Position numbers and translations under genes: made by a program
Source of the DNA: Blastocystis sp. subtype 4
Taxonomy: Eukaryota
NCBI RefSeq assembly: GCF_000743755.1
Contig: NW_014569456.1
Location: forward strand, 1 to 34,053
DNA length: 34,053 nt
Reading direction: 5' to 3'
In this document: piece after piece, positions 1 to 10,196 of the stretch
Numbering within the stretch: position 1 is the stretch's first letter
Layout: every line of letters begins with the position of its first letter
Notes under the pieces: model-generated
Seen by the model: the letters and a program-made list of their open reading frames with translations, nothing else
The model's database searches: none
What the model was told of the DNA's origin: nothing

Positions 1-104
1 GCGGGGTTACCGTACTTCTGGAAAATGGCAGAATTGACAGTACTTGCAAAGCGGCACAAAGAGGGCTTCACAAAGGATGACTTGAAAACGGCGATAGTAA
101 CCAT
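1..104 (-). CDS. 5' fragment of a probable organelle-targeted MDR-family enoyl reductase (MECR/ETR1-like); runs off the window edge
   Basis: ATG at 104 reads MVTIAVFKSSFVKPSLCRFASTVNSAIFQKYGNP: a Ser/Lys/Arg-rich presequence ending in RFAS, then a YGxP motif like the start of MECR-type reductases. Only 34 codons are visible. Confidence 0.5.
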   Translation of the reverse strand, partial: MVTIAVFKSSFVKPSLCRFASTVNSAIFQKYGNP

Positions 105-257
105 AATAATCTCTATAGCAGGATCTTAAGTGAGAAAGAGCTACTCCAATTATTGGGTCCAGACCAACCAAAATAGCCCAATTCTTAGGGGACCCTTATT
201 CTTGTCGTTTGTTCTTAATGCTATAATAGTTGTTCTCTATTCTAGTAACATTGCTCA

Positions 258-597
258 ATGGTATGTTTTAGGTTTCTGCAATACACAGCAGAAGATTTGG
301 ATTGTTCTTTTCTTTTGAACGAAACTAACTCCGGCTGTAGGAAAACGAAGTCAAGAACGCTGTCGTAGATAAGGTTCTCGGTAGAACTGGTAACACTGGT
401 AATGTTACTCAGGTAGAAGGTTTCTAGGTACAATGATGTATAGGTTCGTGTCACCTTCATGGATGCAAGCAAGCGTAGCATTGTGAGAAACGTGAAGGTC
501 GTTTCAAGTGGTTTTGACTAATGGATAGGGACCTATTCGCGAGGGAGACATTCTTACTCTCCTTGAATGGGAGCGTGAAGCCCGTCGTCTGCGATAA
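258..597 (+). CDS. RPS28: 40S ribosomal protein S28 (eS28), 4 exons: 258-260, 341-412, 444-497, 529-597
   Basis: Spliced product [65 protein letters not shown] has the KVLGRTG, RNVKGP and EREARRL signatures. GT-AG introns of 80, 31 and 31 nt. Missed by the ORF track. Confidence 0.97.
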
Positions 598-659
598 ATG
601 TCGAATGTTACAGAATTCTGAATGAGATAATGTTTATTGAAACAAGACTGAAATATTCA

Positions 660-3600
660 TTAGTATACAACAACTGTACGATTTCCTTCCGAAGTCAAGC
701 GATGGCGAACACTTCTCCGTTTTCGCAAGGCTTCCTTCCTCTTATGAGAGAAAAGGAGAACCACAATAGAAACCACAAGAGCAATAATAATAGCAACAAC
801 TAATATAATATAAATATAGGATACACAGACACCCCTTTCATTTTCCCATACACCATCTCGATCACCTAATATACATTGCACGGTACGTGTTCCAAACCCC
901 ATTCCAACAGTTCGACAATTAATCGTTACCACATCACCAACTTGACCCTCAGGTAACAATCCTGTTCCACTACACTTCCCTTTCCGAACAACAATAAAGA
1001 TCCTAGATGATCGTACACCTCCTTCGTTCTCAGCATAAACCGTAAAAACTGATTTCACTACTTCCATCGGGATTCCTTGAATCACTCCTGAGGTAGGATC
1101 CAGCTCCAATCCCTCAGGCAATGGATATCCAGGATCCACATAGAAGCGATTTACGATACCAAAATATGAAGGCTCATTTGACTCCCCGAATAATCCCTGG
1201 ACAAATTCAATCATGTCTGATCCATATGACACACATTCAGGAGGAAGCATATGACAATGGTCTCTATGAATCGTTCCAAGAGAACCATTCATACATTCAC
1301 GATAACGATAACCTGTGAAACCATTTTCACAAGGAGCAGGAGAGATCTGACCTTCAGCAACAGGAGGGAAATCTCCACTTCCAGGACAAATCAAAGCCGA
1401 GTTCTGACAGTAGTACAATGAAAATGAAAGGAATTGATGTGTCATCCACACAGCACGATGAAGTGACCAATGAAACTCCCTGAATCCCATCATACCATAA
1501 GGAACAGAATGACGATGTGAAGTATGAGAGAGAAGAGTCTGATTGACAGAAACGGCCAACATTTCATCTTGATTTGTATGTGGAATAAGAGCTGACAATT
1601 CATAAGATAATCCCTCATAGTCCTGTCTTGATACTAACCGATACTGATTGAAGAGAGATCCTTCTTCATTATCAACACGCCAAGAAATGAATGGATAAGA
1701 ATTAGGAATGACGGTAATCCCCCAGGTACCCATCTGAAAGAGTGCCTTTGGATTCTCAATATGATCACTCTCAATCAGAGTAATTGAATCAAGAACACGC
1801 GAACAAGGTTCAACACCATAGATGCCAGTAGCATCAAAGTAAGGAGTTGAACCCTTCTGAAATCTCAATTCAATTGCAAGAACATTACTCTCGTTACGAC
1901 CACCAGAGATAGCAAGAAGGATATGAAATACATTTGAAATGATCTCCTGATTGGTTGATTGAAGAGTATTATCCAATGAGATTCGGAAACGGGCAACACG
2001 TACCCCATTCAAATATGCGATAATACCTCCTATATACCAGACATGAACATTCAACACAGGAACTGCATCCAATCGATCAATAAAGAACGATCGACGCAAG
2101 TACAATGTATCAACTTTCATAGGAGGAAGAAGAGAAGGATACATATTGGTCCATGTTCGATCATCAAAGTCATAATCAGTCCATGAGGTTGGAACTGCTT
2201 CTTCACCATATACCTTCCACAAAGATCGTTTCATCTCAAATGGTAAGTGAGTCGAAAACATGGAAGAAATGTTAGAAGAAGAAGAATGATCATGAAGAAA
2301 TACTGTATCCACAATGAAAGGTGGATCACTAACAGACAAGGAATACCCAGTATCAATATGAGGGACATGAACGAGGCGTTCTTCAAAGAAGAGTGTGTAC
2401 ACATCGTACATCAGACATAAAGACTGATATACGAATTCATTACAACAAGGAATAGGATCGACAACAATCACTGGGTCAGAATTCGATAGAGATCCTTGTG
2501 TGATAACCAATCGATTGTTATCAGGAAGACGAGATGTCTTTAAGATAACGTTCACTAACGTATATGAATCCTCACAAATGTCAATAAACAGATGGAAGAC
2601 TGCCGATTGCCATCCACCTGTGACTTGACGTGCTGTGACTGTGAACTGGATATCCATTGGCTGATCTTCTGTGAGGCCTTGAATGATTCCTGTGAATGGA
2701 TCGATAAACAGACCTTGAGGAAGAGGAGGCTGAATCGTGAAATTAGTGAAATAAGGAGAAGATGGATACAGTTCAGTCATTTGGATACCTTGATACACAA
2801 CAATATCACTATACGTTAGATTGTTGATAGGTATGATAGTGCAATCACTGAACAGATCCAGTCGATTGATAGTAACAAGAGATTCAGAATTGAAGAAATT
2901 ACTGATTCGATACTTATTATAAGCCTTGTTATTTTCAAACCAGATACGAATACTCTGACCAGGAAGAAAAAATGTTAAATTCTTTACAACACTCAGCGTA
3001 GTCCAGTCCGAATCTTCATGATTCCGAGCTGAAACTGTAAATCCTTGAGGAATTTCCTTCAAGGAATCATAAGCCGCTTGTACTATGAGAGATGAAATCC
3101 ATTCATGACGATCATTTGCAAATGAAAGGATAATATCTCCATGGGGACAATCAATGGCCTTCATCATGAAAGAGTGATGAAGCATGAAAGCTTCATCACC
3201 AGAAATACAACGGGATGAAGAAACATTGTAATCCAAGACACGGGAACTCTCTCCCAAAGGTAGCAACTGTAACGTACAATCATAATACGAAGCTACTTGT
3301 TTTTGTCCTTGAGCTATCACTGCTAATGCAATAATATTCTCCCCCTCCACAAGATAATCACGAGCTTTCCTATCAGCAATTGATCGAATAGGAAGTGATA
3401 CAGATCGATACAATAGAGTATTATAGGAAGACTTTGCATAGAGATTGGGTTGAAGTGGACCAGTGACATGGTTCCTATAGACCTCATGGCGATTGAGATA
3501 GAGAATCACTCCATATCTATAACGGATATTCACTACAAATCCAGAAGCACGATTAAGACTATCAATTGTGAAGATTTTCTTATACATTTGAATCTGAGAG

Positions 3601-5603
3601 TTCGAATCAGGAAAATGATCCATAGTTCCATGTATCCAATTATTCACTGTTTCATCATACCACTTCTCAGAAATAGAATCAGTATAAAACCACAGTGATT
3701 TCGGAGGAATCACATACTGGGCAAATAGAACATACGATGAAGGAAGATTCAAATACTCATCAAATGAAGCTCTGAGAAGAGTCTCTGTTTCCTTATCGTT
3801 CAGACGAAATAAGATATACACATAGGAGTTTGGAGACCATGATTTCTCCACACAATCCAATACGATACGAATCAAAGGACAAGTAACATGAAGAATAACC
3901 TCAGTAGAAGTGAACGGTATTTGGCCACTATTCACAGGTACTGAATACAATAATGAGCCATCATCTTCACTGAAAATTGAGAATGATTCTTGCATTGCTT
4001 TGTCTCCATACTGTCGTCTAATAATAATAAGGTTCCCTTCTGATTGTTTCACCTCAATACTCACTTCACCTGATAGAACTTGACTACCAGTAGAGATAAT
4101 ACGATACTCTGTGAGAAGTTGAGGTGCTTTTGGTATGCCACGGATTGTACAGGAGGTTTCATCAACATACAAACCATCTGGAAGGGCAGGTAATATTGAA
4201 CATCGTGTAAAACCAAAAATCGATGGAGAAATCGGGTCGATTTCTTGATTGACAAAAAATGAGTATTGTTTTGGATCAAATGGAATGGATTGAGGGTCTT
4301 CAAGAGCACAGACGAGAGGTTGGACTTCCCAGAGATACAGAGCCTGTCCATTCCCCTTCGGAACGGTTAGTCGATACGAGTTGAATATCCCAGTGTTCAG
4401 ATATCCAAAGAAGGTGGAGTAATGATTGCTAGTGAAACGGATGTTGGTAGCATGCATCATTGGCAAAGACTCTACTGATGCCCCTGTGATCCCTCCAAAG
4501 TAAAACTCATTTGGGGTGTTATATACATCAGATGATGGCCAAAAACGCAGACCATTGATAAAGGACCGAATTGTGGTATCGAAAAGAAAGTCAACAGTGG
4601 CGAATGTGAAAGGATTGATCATATAGCAATCGTCCTTATTAAAATTGAATGCTTGAAACGGAACAGTATCACCAGAATTGAAAGATGAACTGGATTGTGT
4701 CTCACTGGAAGTATGCGACCTCGTATTCGTTTGAGAACTCATTGTTATGTCAAACGGTAGAACCCAACAGGGAGATGAAGATATAGAAGGAGTATACAAT
4801 GCGACAAAGGCATTGAATGTACAAGATGTTTGTTGGACACCCTGAACGAAGTGTAATTCAACAGCTAGAATTGATTTATCACTTTTCACTTCGTTTCCTG
4901 GACGAATGAATGAATGATACGATTCCGTTTCATACATCATAGTAGCATATGTAGAACTCTGAATTGAACCTGAAGGCATATTATCTCGAACCACTTCTCG
5001 TCCATTCACGTATGCAACAACACCATGCTTATAAAACATACTCAATTCATATGATGCCATACCTTCCAAACCAACGAATTTCTTTCGCAAATACTGAGTT
5101 CCCATAACAACAATCGGAACTGAACCCAAAGTAACAGATGACCATGCAGAATCACTGTATCCATAAGAGGTCCAAGACCCTGTAATCATATTGTATGTCA
5201 ACTTCCAAACATCATCTTTCGAAATTGGACGATAAAACGAAATAGAATACACCTCCTCATGCAACTCCGTCAAATAATTCTTAAACAACGTGTTTCCATA
5301 CTCACCTACAATAGTTAACCAAGATCCTGAAGACCATGAATTCTTTGAACTATCAACTAACATAACAGAGTACTGAAGATTTTGAGATGGAGGAAGACAA
5401 CCCTCAAGAATGCGACACTCATAATCTTCACAAAAAGGACTACTATAAACAATAATATCCCCATCAAGAACCAAAAAAGACTCTTTAGAACACTGATCCT
5501 GACATTGTCGAATTGTCTTCATGTACACAAAGTCAGGAGAACAAACAATGTCACAGTATGCTATGCTCATAATGAAACAATACAGCAATAAAGAAATGAG
5601 CAT
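660..5603 (-). CDS. Large intronless type I membrane/surface protein with three repeated modules (galactose-binding-like jelly roll, second beta domain, He_PIG/Ig-like) and juxtamembrane Cys-rich domains
   Basis: Uninterrupted ORF; likely start at ATG 5603 (MLISLLLYCFIMSIAYCD, signal-like), although the frame is open to 5678. Three He_PIG-type motifs (LPDGLYVDETSCTIRG, LPQGLFIDPFTGIIQG, LPEGLELDPTSGVIQG) and three G-x-x-x-Y-[VL]-N-x-x-x-V-x-R motifs. C-terminal TM YIYIILVVAIIIALVVSIVVLLF followed by a basic tail. Confidence 0.85.
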   Translation of the reverse strand: MLISLLLYCFIMSIAYCDIVCSPDFVYMKTIRQCQDQCSKESFLVLDGDIIVYSSPFCEDYECRILEGCLPPSQNLQYSVMLVDSSKNSWSSGSWLTIVGEYGNTLFKNYLTELHEEVYSISFYRPISKDDVWKLTYNMITGSWTSYGYSDSAWSSVTLGSVPIVVMGTQYLRKKFVGLEGMASYELSMFYKHGVVAYVNGREVVRDNMPSGSIQSSTYATMMYETESYHSFIRPGNEVKSDKSILAVELHFVQGVQQTSCTFNAFVALYTPSISSSPCWVLPFDITMSSQTNTRSHTSSETQSSSSFNSGDTVPFQAFNFNKDDCYMINPFTFATVDFLFDTTIRSFINGLRFWPSSDVYNTPNEFYFGGITGASVESLPMMHATNIRFTSNHYSTFFGYLNTGIFNSYRLTVPKGNGQALYLWEVQPLVCALEDPQSIPFDPKQYSFFVNQEIDPISPSIFGFTRCSILPALPDGLYVDETSCTIRGIPKAPQLLTEYRIISTGSQVLSGEVSIEVKQSEGNLIIIRRQYGDKAMQESFSIFSEDDGSLLYSVPVNSGQIPFTSTEVILHVTCPLIRIVLDCVEKSWSPNSYVYILFRLNDKETETLLRASFDEYLNLPSSYVLFAQYVIPPKSLWFYTDSISEKWYDETVNNWIHGTMDHFPDSNSQIQMYKKIFTIDSLNRASGFVVNIRYRYGVILYLNRHEVYRNHVTGPLQPNLYAKSSYNTLLYRSVSLPIRSIADRKARDYLVEGENIIALAVIAQGQKQVASYYDCTLQLLPLGESSRVLDYNVSSSRCISGDEAFMLHHSFMMKAIDCPHGDIILSFANDRHEWISSLIVQAAYDSLKEIPQGFTVSARNHEDSDWTTLSVVKNLTFFLPGQSIRIWFENNKAYNKYRISNFFNSESLVTINRLDLFSDCTIIPINNLTYSDIVVYQGIQMTELYPSSPYFTNFTIQPPLPQGLFIDPFTGIIQGLTEDQPMDIQFTVTARQVTGGWQSAVFHLFIDICEDSYTLVNVILKTSRLPDNNRLVITQGSLSNSDPVIVVDPIPCCNEFVYQSLCLMYDVYTLFFEERLVHVPHIDTGYSLSVSDPPFIVDTVFLHDHSSSSNISSMFSTHLPFEMKRSLWKVYGEEAVPTSWTDYDFDDRTWTNMYPSLLPPMKVDTLYLRRSFFIDRLDAVPVLNVHVWYIGGIIAYLNGVRVARFRISLDNTLQSTNQEIISNVFHILLAISGGRNESNVLAIELRFQKGSTPYFDATGIYGVEPCSRVLDSITLIESDHIENPKALFQMGTWGITVIPNSYPFISWRVDNEEGSLFNQYRLVSRQDYEGLSYELSALIPHTNQDEMLAVSVNQTLLSHTSHRHSVPYGMMGFREFHWSLHRAVWMTHQFLSFSLYYCQNSALICPGSGDFPPVAEGQISPAPCENGFTGYRYRECMNGSLGTIHRDHCHMLPPECVSYGSDMIEFVQGLFGESNEPSYFGIVNRFYVDPGYPLPEGLELDPTSGVIQGIPMEVVKSVFTVYAENEGGVRSSRIFIVVRKGKCSGTGLLPEGQVGDVVTINCRTVGMGFGTRTVQCILGDRDGVWENERGVCVSYIYIILVVAIIIALVVSIVVLLFSHKRKEALRKRRSVRHRLTSEGNRTVVVY

Positions 5604-5734
5604 CTTTATTGCTAACAAAACAATTATGATTGTGTCAAAGCCCATCATCTTCTGAATTTCGTCTTTGCTTAGAACCATGACACAAATACCGTTAAGAAAC
5701 CGACATTGGTGTCATTCATTTACTCTGTGGTAGG

Positions 5735-7504
5735 ATGAGTATCTTGAAATCTTTGAAATCGGGATCCACACCTTCCAGATCCAAGGGAGATTCTCTGGAA
5801 CAAGGTGATTCTGACAGTCTCTTTTCACAATGCCCTATCTGCTTCAATAGTGTAATTCAACATTAATGGGATGAAATGCAGTTCATAAAAACAAGTATTC
5901 AACAACATGTCGAGTCATGTCTTCAACGTCATGCAGTAGAGGAGAAAATGAGGGAAATTGGAGTTTCTGAAGAGGAGACAGGAGACAAGGCAGATGCTTC
6001 GAGTTCAGAACAAAGAAATATACCTCCAAGTGTGACAACGGTTGTAACTACACCAGAAAAGAAGAACGAAACGAAAAAACGATTTGGCGGGGAATGGAAA
6101 CCACTTGCAGAACGAATGCGACCAACGAATTTTGAACAAATGGCTGTAGGGGAATTCATTGGATATTGAAAATAGGGGGATAGTGAACTCTTTGGAAAAG
6201 ATTCGGTTGTTCGAGCTCTCTTTGAGCGAGATCCTCCTCCTTCAATCATATTATTTGGGCCCCCAGGATGTGGAAAGACAACTGTTGCTACTGTGATTGC
6301 TCACCATACTCGTTGTCCGTTTGTGACTCTCTCCTGCTGCACATCCAGTGTTGAAGATATCAAATCTATAGCAACAAAGGCCGAAAATGAGTTTCGTCTT
6401 CGAGGTTTACCAACAGTTTTGTTTATGGATGAAATTCATCGATTCAGTACGATACAACAAGATATTTTCCTCCCATATGTTGAACATGGCACATTAGTAC
6501 TGATCGGAGCAACAACAGAGAATCCTTCTTTTACAATCAATGCCGTATCATCCAATAACCTTTAATGAGTATAGGCACTACTGTCTCGATGTCAAATAAT
6601 AACTTTGAAATTGCTGACAAATGACGAATTGGTATTGATTCTAAAGAGAGCACTAGATAGTGATGAGTTATTGAAAAGCAGTACTGTTGGGATGGATGAG
6701 TGAATTAACAAGCAGATGATTATCAATGATACTATTCTCAACTATATTGCATTAAAGGCAGATGGAGATGCTCGAATTGCATTGAATCTGTTAGATAATT
6801 GTTCTCGGTGTTGTTTTGGTGAAGTCACTACAACTACTATTGATTCTCTCGTTACAGAGCATTTCATTCGATACGATAAAAATGGAGAAGAACACCATAA
6901 TGCCATTTCAGCTTTGCACAAATCAATTGTTCGTTTATTCTTTCATTCTTATTCGTAGCGTGGTAGTGATGTCCAAGCTTCGATCTATTGGCTTTCCCGT
7001 ATGTTGGAAGGCGGTGAGAATCCCTTGTACATTGCTCGGCGACTCGTACGATGTTCTACAGAGGACATAGGACTTGCAGACCCTCAGGCACTCATTGTTA
7101 CTACGAGCTGTTTTCAGATTTGCAAGGAATTGGGAGCACCACTCTGTTTTAATACCCTTGCTCAGACTGTTGTATACTTAGCGCTAACAAGCAAATCAAA
7201 TGAACTATATCTCGCTTATGGAAGAGTTGCTGATATCATTCATGAAAGTGGGGCCATGCCCATTCCATCTGTAATTTTACAAACTGGTGAATACGATTAT
7301 TCCACAGATAAAAACTACCTTCCTGAAGGTATCCAAAGTGAAACGCTGATTCATGTGAATCGAGCAACCACCGACCTTAGGACACAGAGCATCAACCATT
7401 ATATCAATCCCAACTCAGAAGTGGTTGGTCCAATTGTACCGGATGCCAATTTATCAGAACTACCTCTAGAGAAGAGAATGAAGATTACTGTTGAGTCATC
7501 ATAG
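5735..7504 (+). CDS. WRNIP1: Werner helicase-interacting protein 1 / MgsA-RarA AAA+ ATPase with N-terminal UBZ zinc finger (multi-exon)
   Basis: CPICFN...HVESC UBZ4-like finger across intron 5852-5881; PLAERMRP; Walker A GPPGCGKTT; Walker B FMDEIHRF; LIGATTENPSF; GDAR; ISALHKS-RGSD; RRLVRCSTEDIG. Confidence 0.93.
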
Positions 7505-7593
7505 TTGTTTAATGTTTCTTCATCCTTCCAAATTAAAACGGCAATTCGGTTGTCTTTGATGGATTCCATATTTCCTATTGCAGAGATATTCAA

Positions 7594-8838
7594 ATGAAAA
7601 CTTCTTATAGTACTTTATTTGTTTACACTGTTGAACATGTAGAAATCATCTGTTTCATATTCTTCACCTGTATCCTCAATGTTGCCGTTTGTGAAGAATT
7701 TGTTGAAGTGAATGTGGATAACACTCCCGTAGAAGTAGGATCGTTATTGTTATTCCTGATTTCTAGCCTTCTGATCAAACTAAGGTTTCAGCAACGATTG
7801 CACAACTCAGGAAGGTTCTTGTAAGAATTTAAGTATTTTGTAACTGACAGGAGGAGAAGGAGAAGAGTTTAAAGGAAATGACAGTGAAGTTCCAAGAATA
7901 TAAGGAGAGTCAGGAGGAAAAGTTCAAGAGTATGGAAGAATCTGTAGCTAATCAGCTCAAGGAAAACCTGAATATGAAGAAAGTGAGTATCAGTTTCTTA
8001 GGATAAGTATTAGCTCATTAAAGAACAGGAAGAGCAGATTAAGGGTCTTTCAGATAAAGTGCAGTCCTTGAGAGTTTCTTTAAAGGAAGCAGGAAAGAAT
8101 TTCAATCTCCTACAAATTATTGTTGATTTCATTGAGCTAAAGGTTCTTCCTACTTTGGAGAATGATTGGACGCTCTTGAAGAAGTACTATATAACGAGTA
8201 TGGAATTCGTACAGACGAAGTGGTCTGCTTTTTGTACTTTCCTTGCAACGAATGAGTCTTGTCAAATGTTTAAGAGAAAGGCCCTGCTGTATTATGCTAA
8301 TGTAGTTAAGTTCATGACAAAGGTATGGAATAAGGTGTCCCCTAAAAGTATGATTTAAATAATCTATTTAATATTAGTTTATGAGATGTATGATTTGGTG
8401 GCTCCATACATTCATCAATGTTATTCTACTGTGGCTCCTTACTTCAGCAAGTGCTATTTTGCGATGACTCCCTATGTAATGAAAGCAATACAATTTATTG
8501 TAGCAAGTTGGAAGCAATTCAAAGTGGTGTTTATTAATGCTATGAAGATTTGTTTGAAATGTATGAAGGAATGAGGTTTAGTGTTTACTCGTTGTGTTGT
8601 CGTGATTGAAGCAGTGAATACCTATTTGAAGAAGACTCCTGTTTTCATTCTCTGAATCATTGATATGTAGATTGCACAATACACAGACTTTATTACCTAC
8701 TGTCTTGTGTTTGGAATCCTTCGTTTTGTACTTCTTACTGTAATCCTTGTTGTGATTCATGTGATTCTTCTGTTACTTTGGCCACTTCGTTGGATTTGTC
8801 CTTGTTGCCCTAAGTATCATGAATGCTGCAAGTGTTAA
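7594..8838 (+). CDS. Hypothetical protein: signal peptide, coiled coil, 11-aa amphipathic repeats, C-terminal hydrophobic anchor and Cys-rich tail (about 7 exons)
   Basis: Removing GT-AG introns of about 30-43 nt gives one ORF: MKTSYKIICFIFFTCILNVAVC...EEKEKSLKEM...VAPYIHQCYSTVAPYFSKCYFAMTPY...WPLRWICPCCPKYHECCKC*. TAA at 8836-8838 is followed 4 nt later by TGTTTTCA. Confidence 0.75.
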
Positions 8839-8860
8839 TCATTGTTTTCAGTAAACACTA

Positions 8861-10032
8861 CTATGATGTACTCAAGAGTGATTCATCCACAACAATTACT
8901 GCAGAACCTGTTAAACGACCATGTCTATTCATAAGCAAATACTACTACAGTGTTACCTTAAGTCATCAATTGCAGTATTCACTTCTTCCAGTTTATATAG
9001 ATTTACTTTCGTTTCAATTGGATCCTATTGTTTATATCATCATTAATTCAGTACTTGAGAGATTAGCTCAAAGAACTCCCGTCCATCTTGAACTGTTAGG
9101 TTCGCTACGGATTCCAGTCTCTTCTCGTTCCAGAGTGACGAATAAGGAAACGAAGGAATATCCGTCATATGAATACCAGCACAAATAACAATTCCTCCCT
9201 TCTTTACAGCATTCAAAGCAGCAACCACCAAAGGTCCCTCACTAGCAAATATGATACATGCATCAAGAGAGTGAGGAGGTAGAGAACTACTTCCTCCCGC
9301 CCATATGGCTCCTAACGATAGAGCAAAAGATTGCTTCTTCTCATCTCCATCACGTGTAAAGACATAGCAATCTATTCCAAGATGACGAGCCATCTGAATG
9401 ACGATGTGTGCTGAAGAACCAAAGCCATACAAACCCAATGTCTTTGGAGTACCTGTCTTACGCAACGAACGATAGCCAATGAGACCTGCACATAGTAGTG
9501 GGGCTGCCTGAACAGGAGAATAGTGATTTGGGATAGGGAAACAGAAGGCTGCATTGGCAACGCAATAATCTGCAAATCCACCATGTTTCTGATATCCTGT
9601 ATATCTAGTGATTATTATGTAAGAACGAACCCACATTGCATGATCACAAAGATTCTCTTTTCCTTCCTTACAATAATCACATTTTGAGCAACATCCTCCA
9701 AGCCATGGAATACCGATTTGATCACCCACTTCTACATTCTTCACATCCTTTCCAAGTTCTTCAATAATTCCAATAATTTGATGACCTACTTGTGGTATTC
9801 AATAGCTAATAATACCCGGAATTACATTTGGTATGGAATCAGGAAGATCACCATCGATAACATGGAGATCTTATTATCAGCATAGAATCAATGAATTACC
9901 TGTACGGCATATGCCACAGGTCAAAACACGTATAAGTACTTCATCATCTTTAGGTTTGGGATAATAGCCATCACCAAGTAACAAAGAGTGACTATTCTTA
10001 TCAAAATATGCAAATCTTCCTTTCAAACTCAT
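8861..10032 (-). CDS. Zinc-binding alcohol dehydrogenase, bacterial CAD2-like MDR subfamily (6 exons)
   Basis: CGICRTDLH catalytic Zn motif, PGHQIIG, structural Zn site CSKCDYCKEGKENLC, APLLCAGLIGYRSL, GLYGFGSSAH, GIHMTDIPSFPY, SVANLT; ends DDLRHGRLTGSAVIVVDESLLSTS*. Confidence 0.93.
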
Positions 10033-10180
10033 TAACAAGCGAATAATTAAGTGATCGAAGCAACAAATCTGTAGAAATATCTTAAAGAAGCAAACACTCC
10101 TTAGATATGCCTTTTATCACGATACAAAGATAAGATACTTATAATCACTTCATTAGGAATAATCTGACTCTGTTCTCTAC

Positions 10181-10188
10181 AACAAACA
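10181..10188 (-). terminator. TGTTTGTT cleavage/polyadenylation element of the PDI-like gene
   Basis: Exact motif 8 nt after the TAA. Confidence 0.8.
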
Positions 10189-10196
10189 AATGATAA

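Noticed and set aside
261..340. Intronic snoRNA in the long RPS28 intron
   Set aside because: No C box (RTGATGA) and D box (CTGA) pair, and too short for a two-hairpin H/ACA RNA.
130..481. ORF-track ORFs 130-318 (+) and 242-481 (-)
   Set aside because: They overlap the spliced RPS28 gene and have no recognisable features.
1121..5591. Short ORFs nested in or antisense to the surface-protein gene
   Set aside because: 60-100-aa shadow frames with no motifs, as expected beside a long coding sequence.
5604..5678. N-terminal extension MVLSKDEIQKMMGF... of the surface protein
   Set aside because: The ATG at 5603 gives a cleaner signal peptide and leaves room for the divergent promoter. Not excluded without TSS data.
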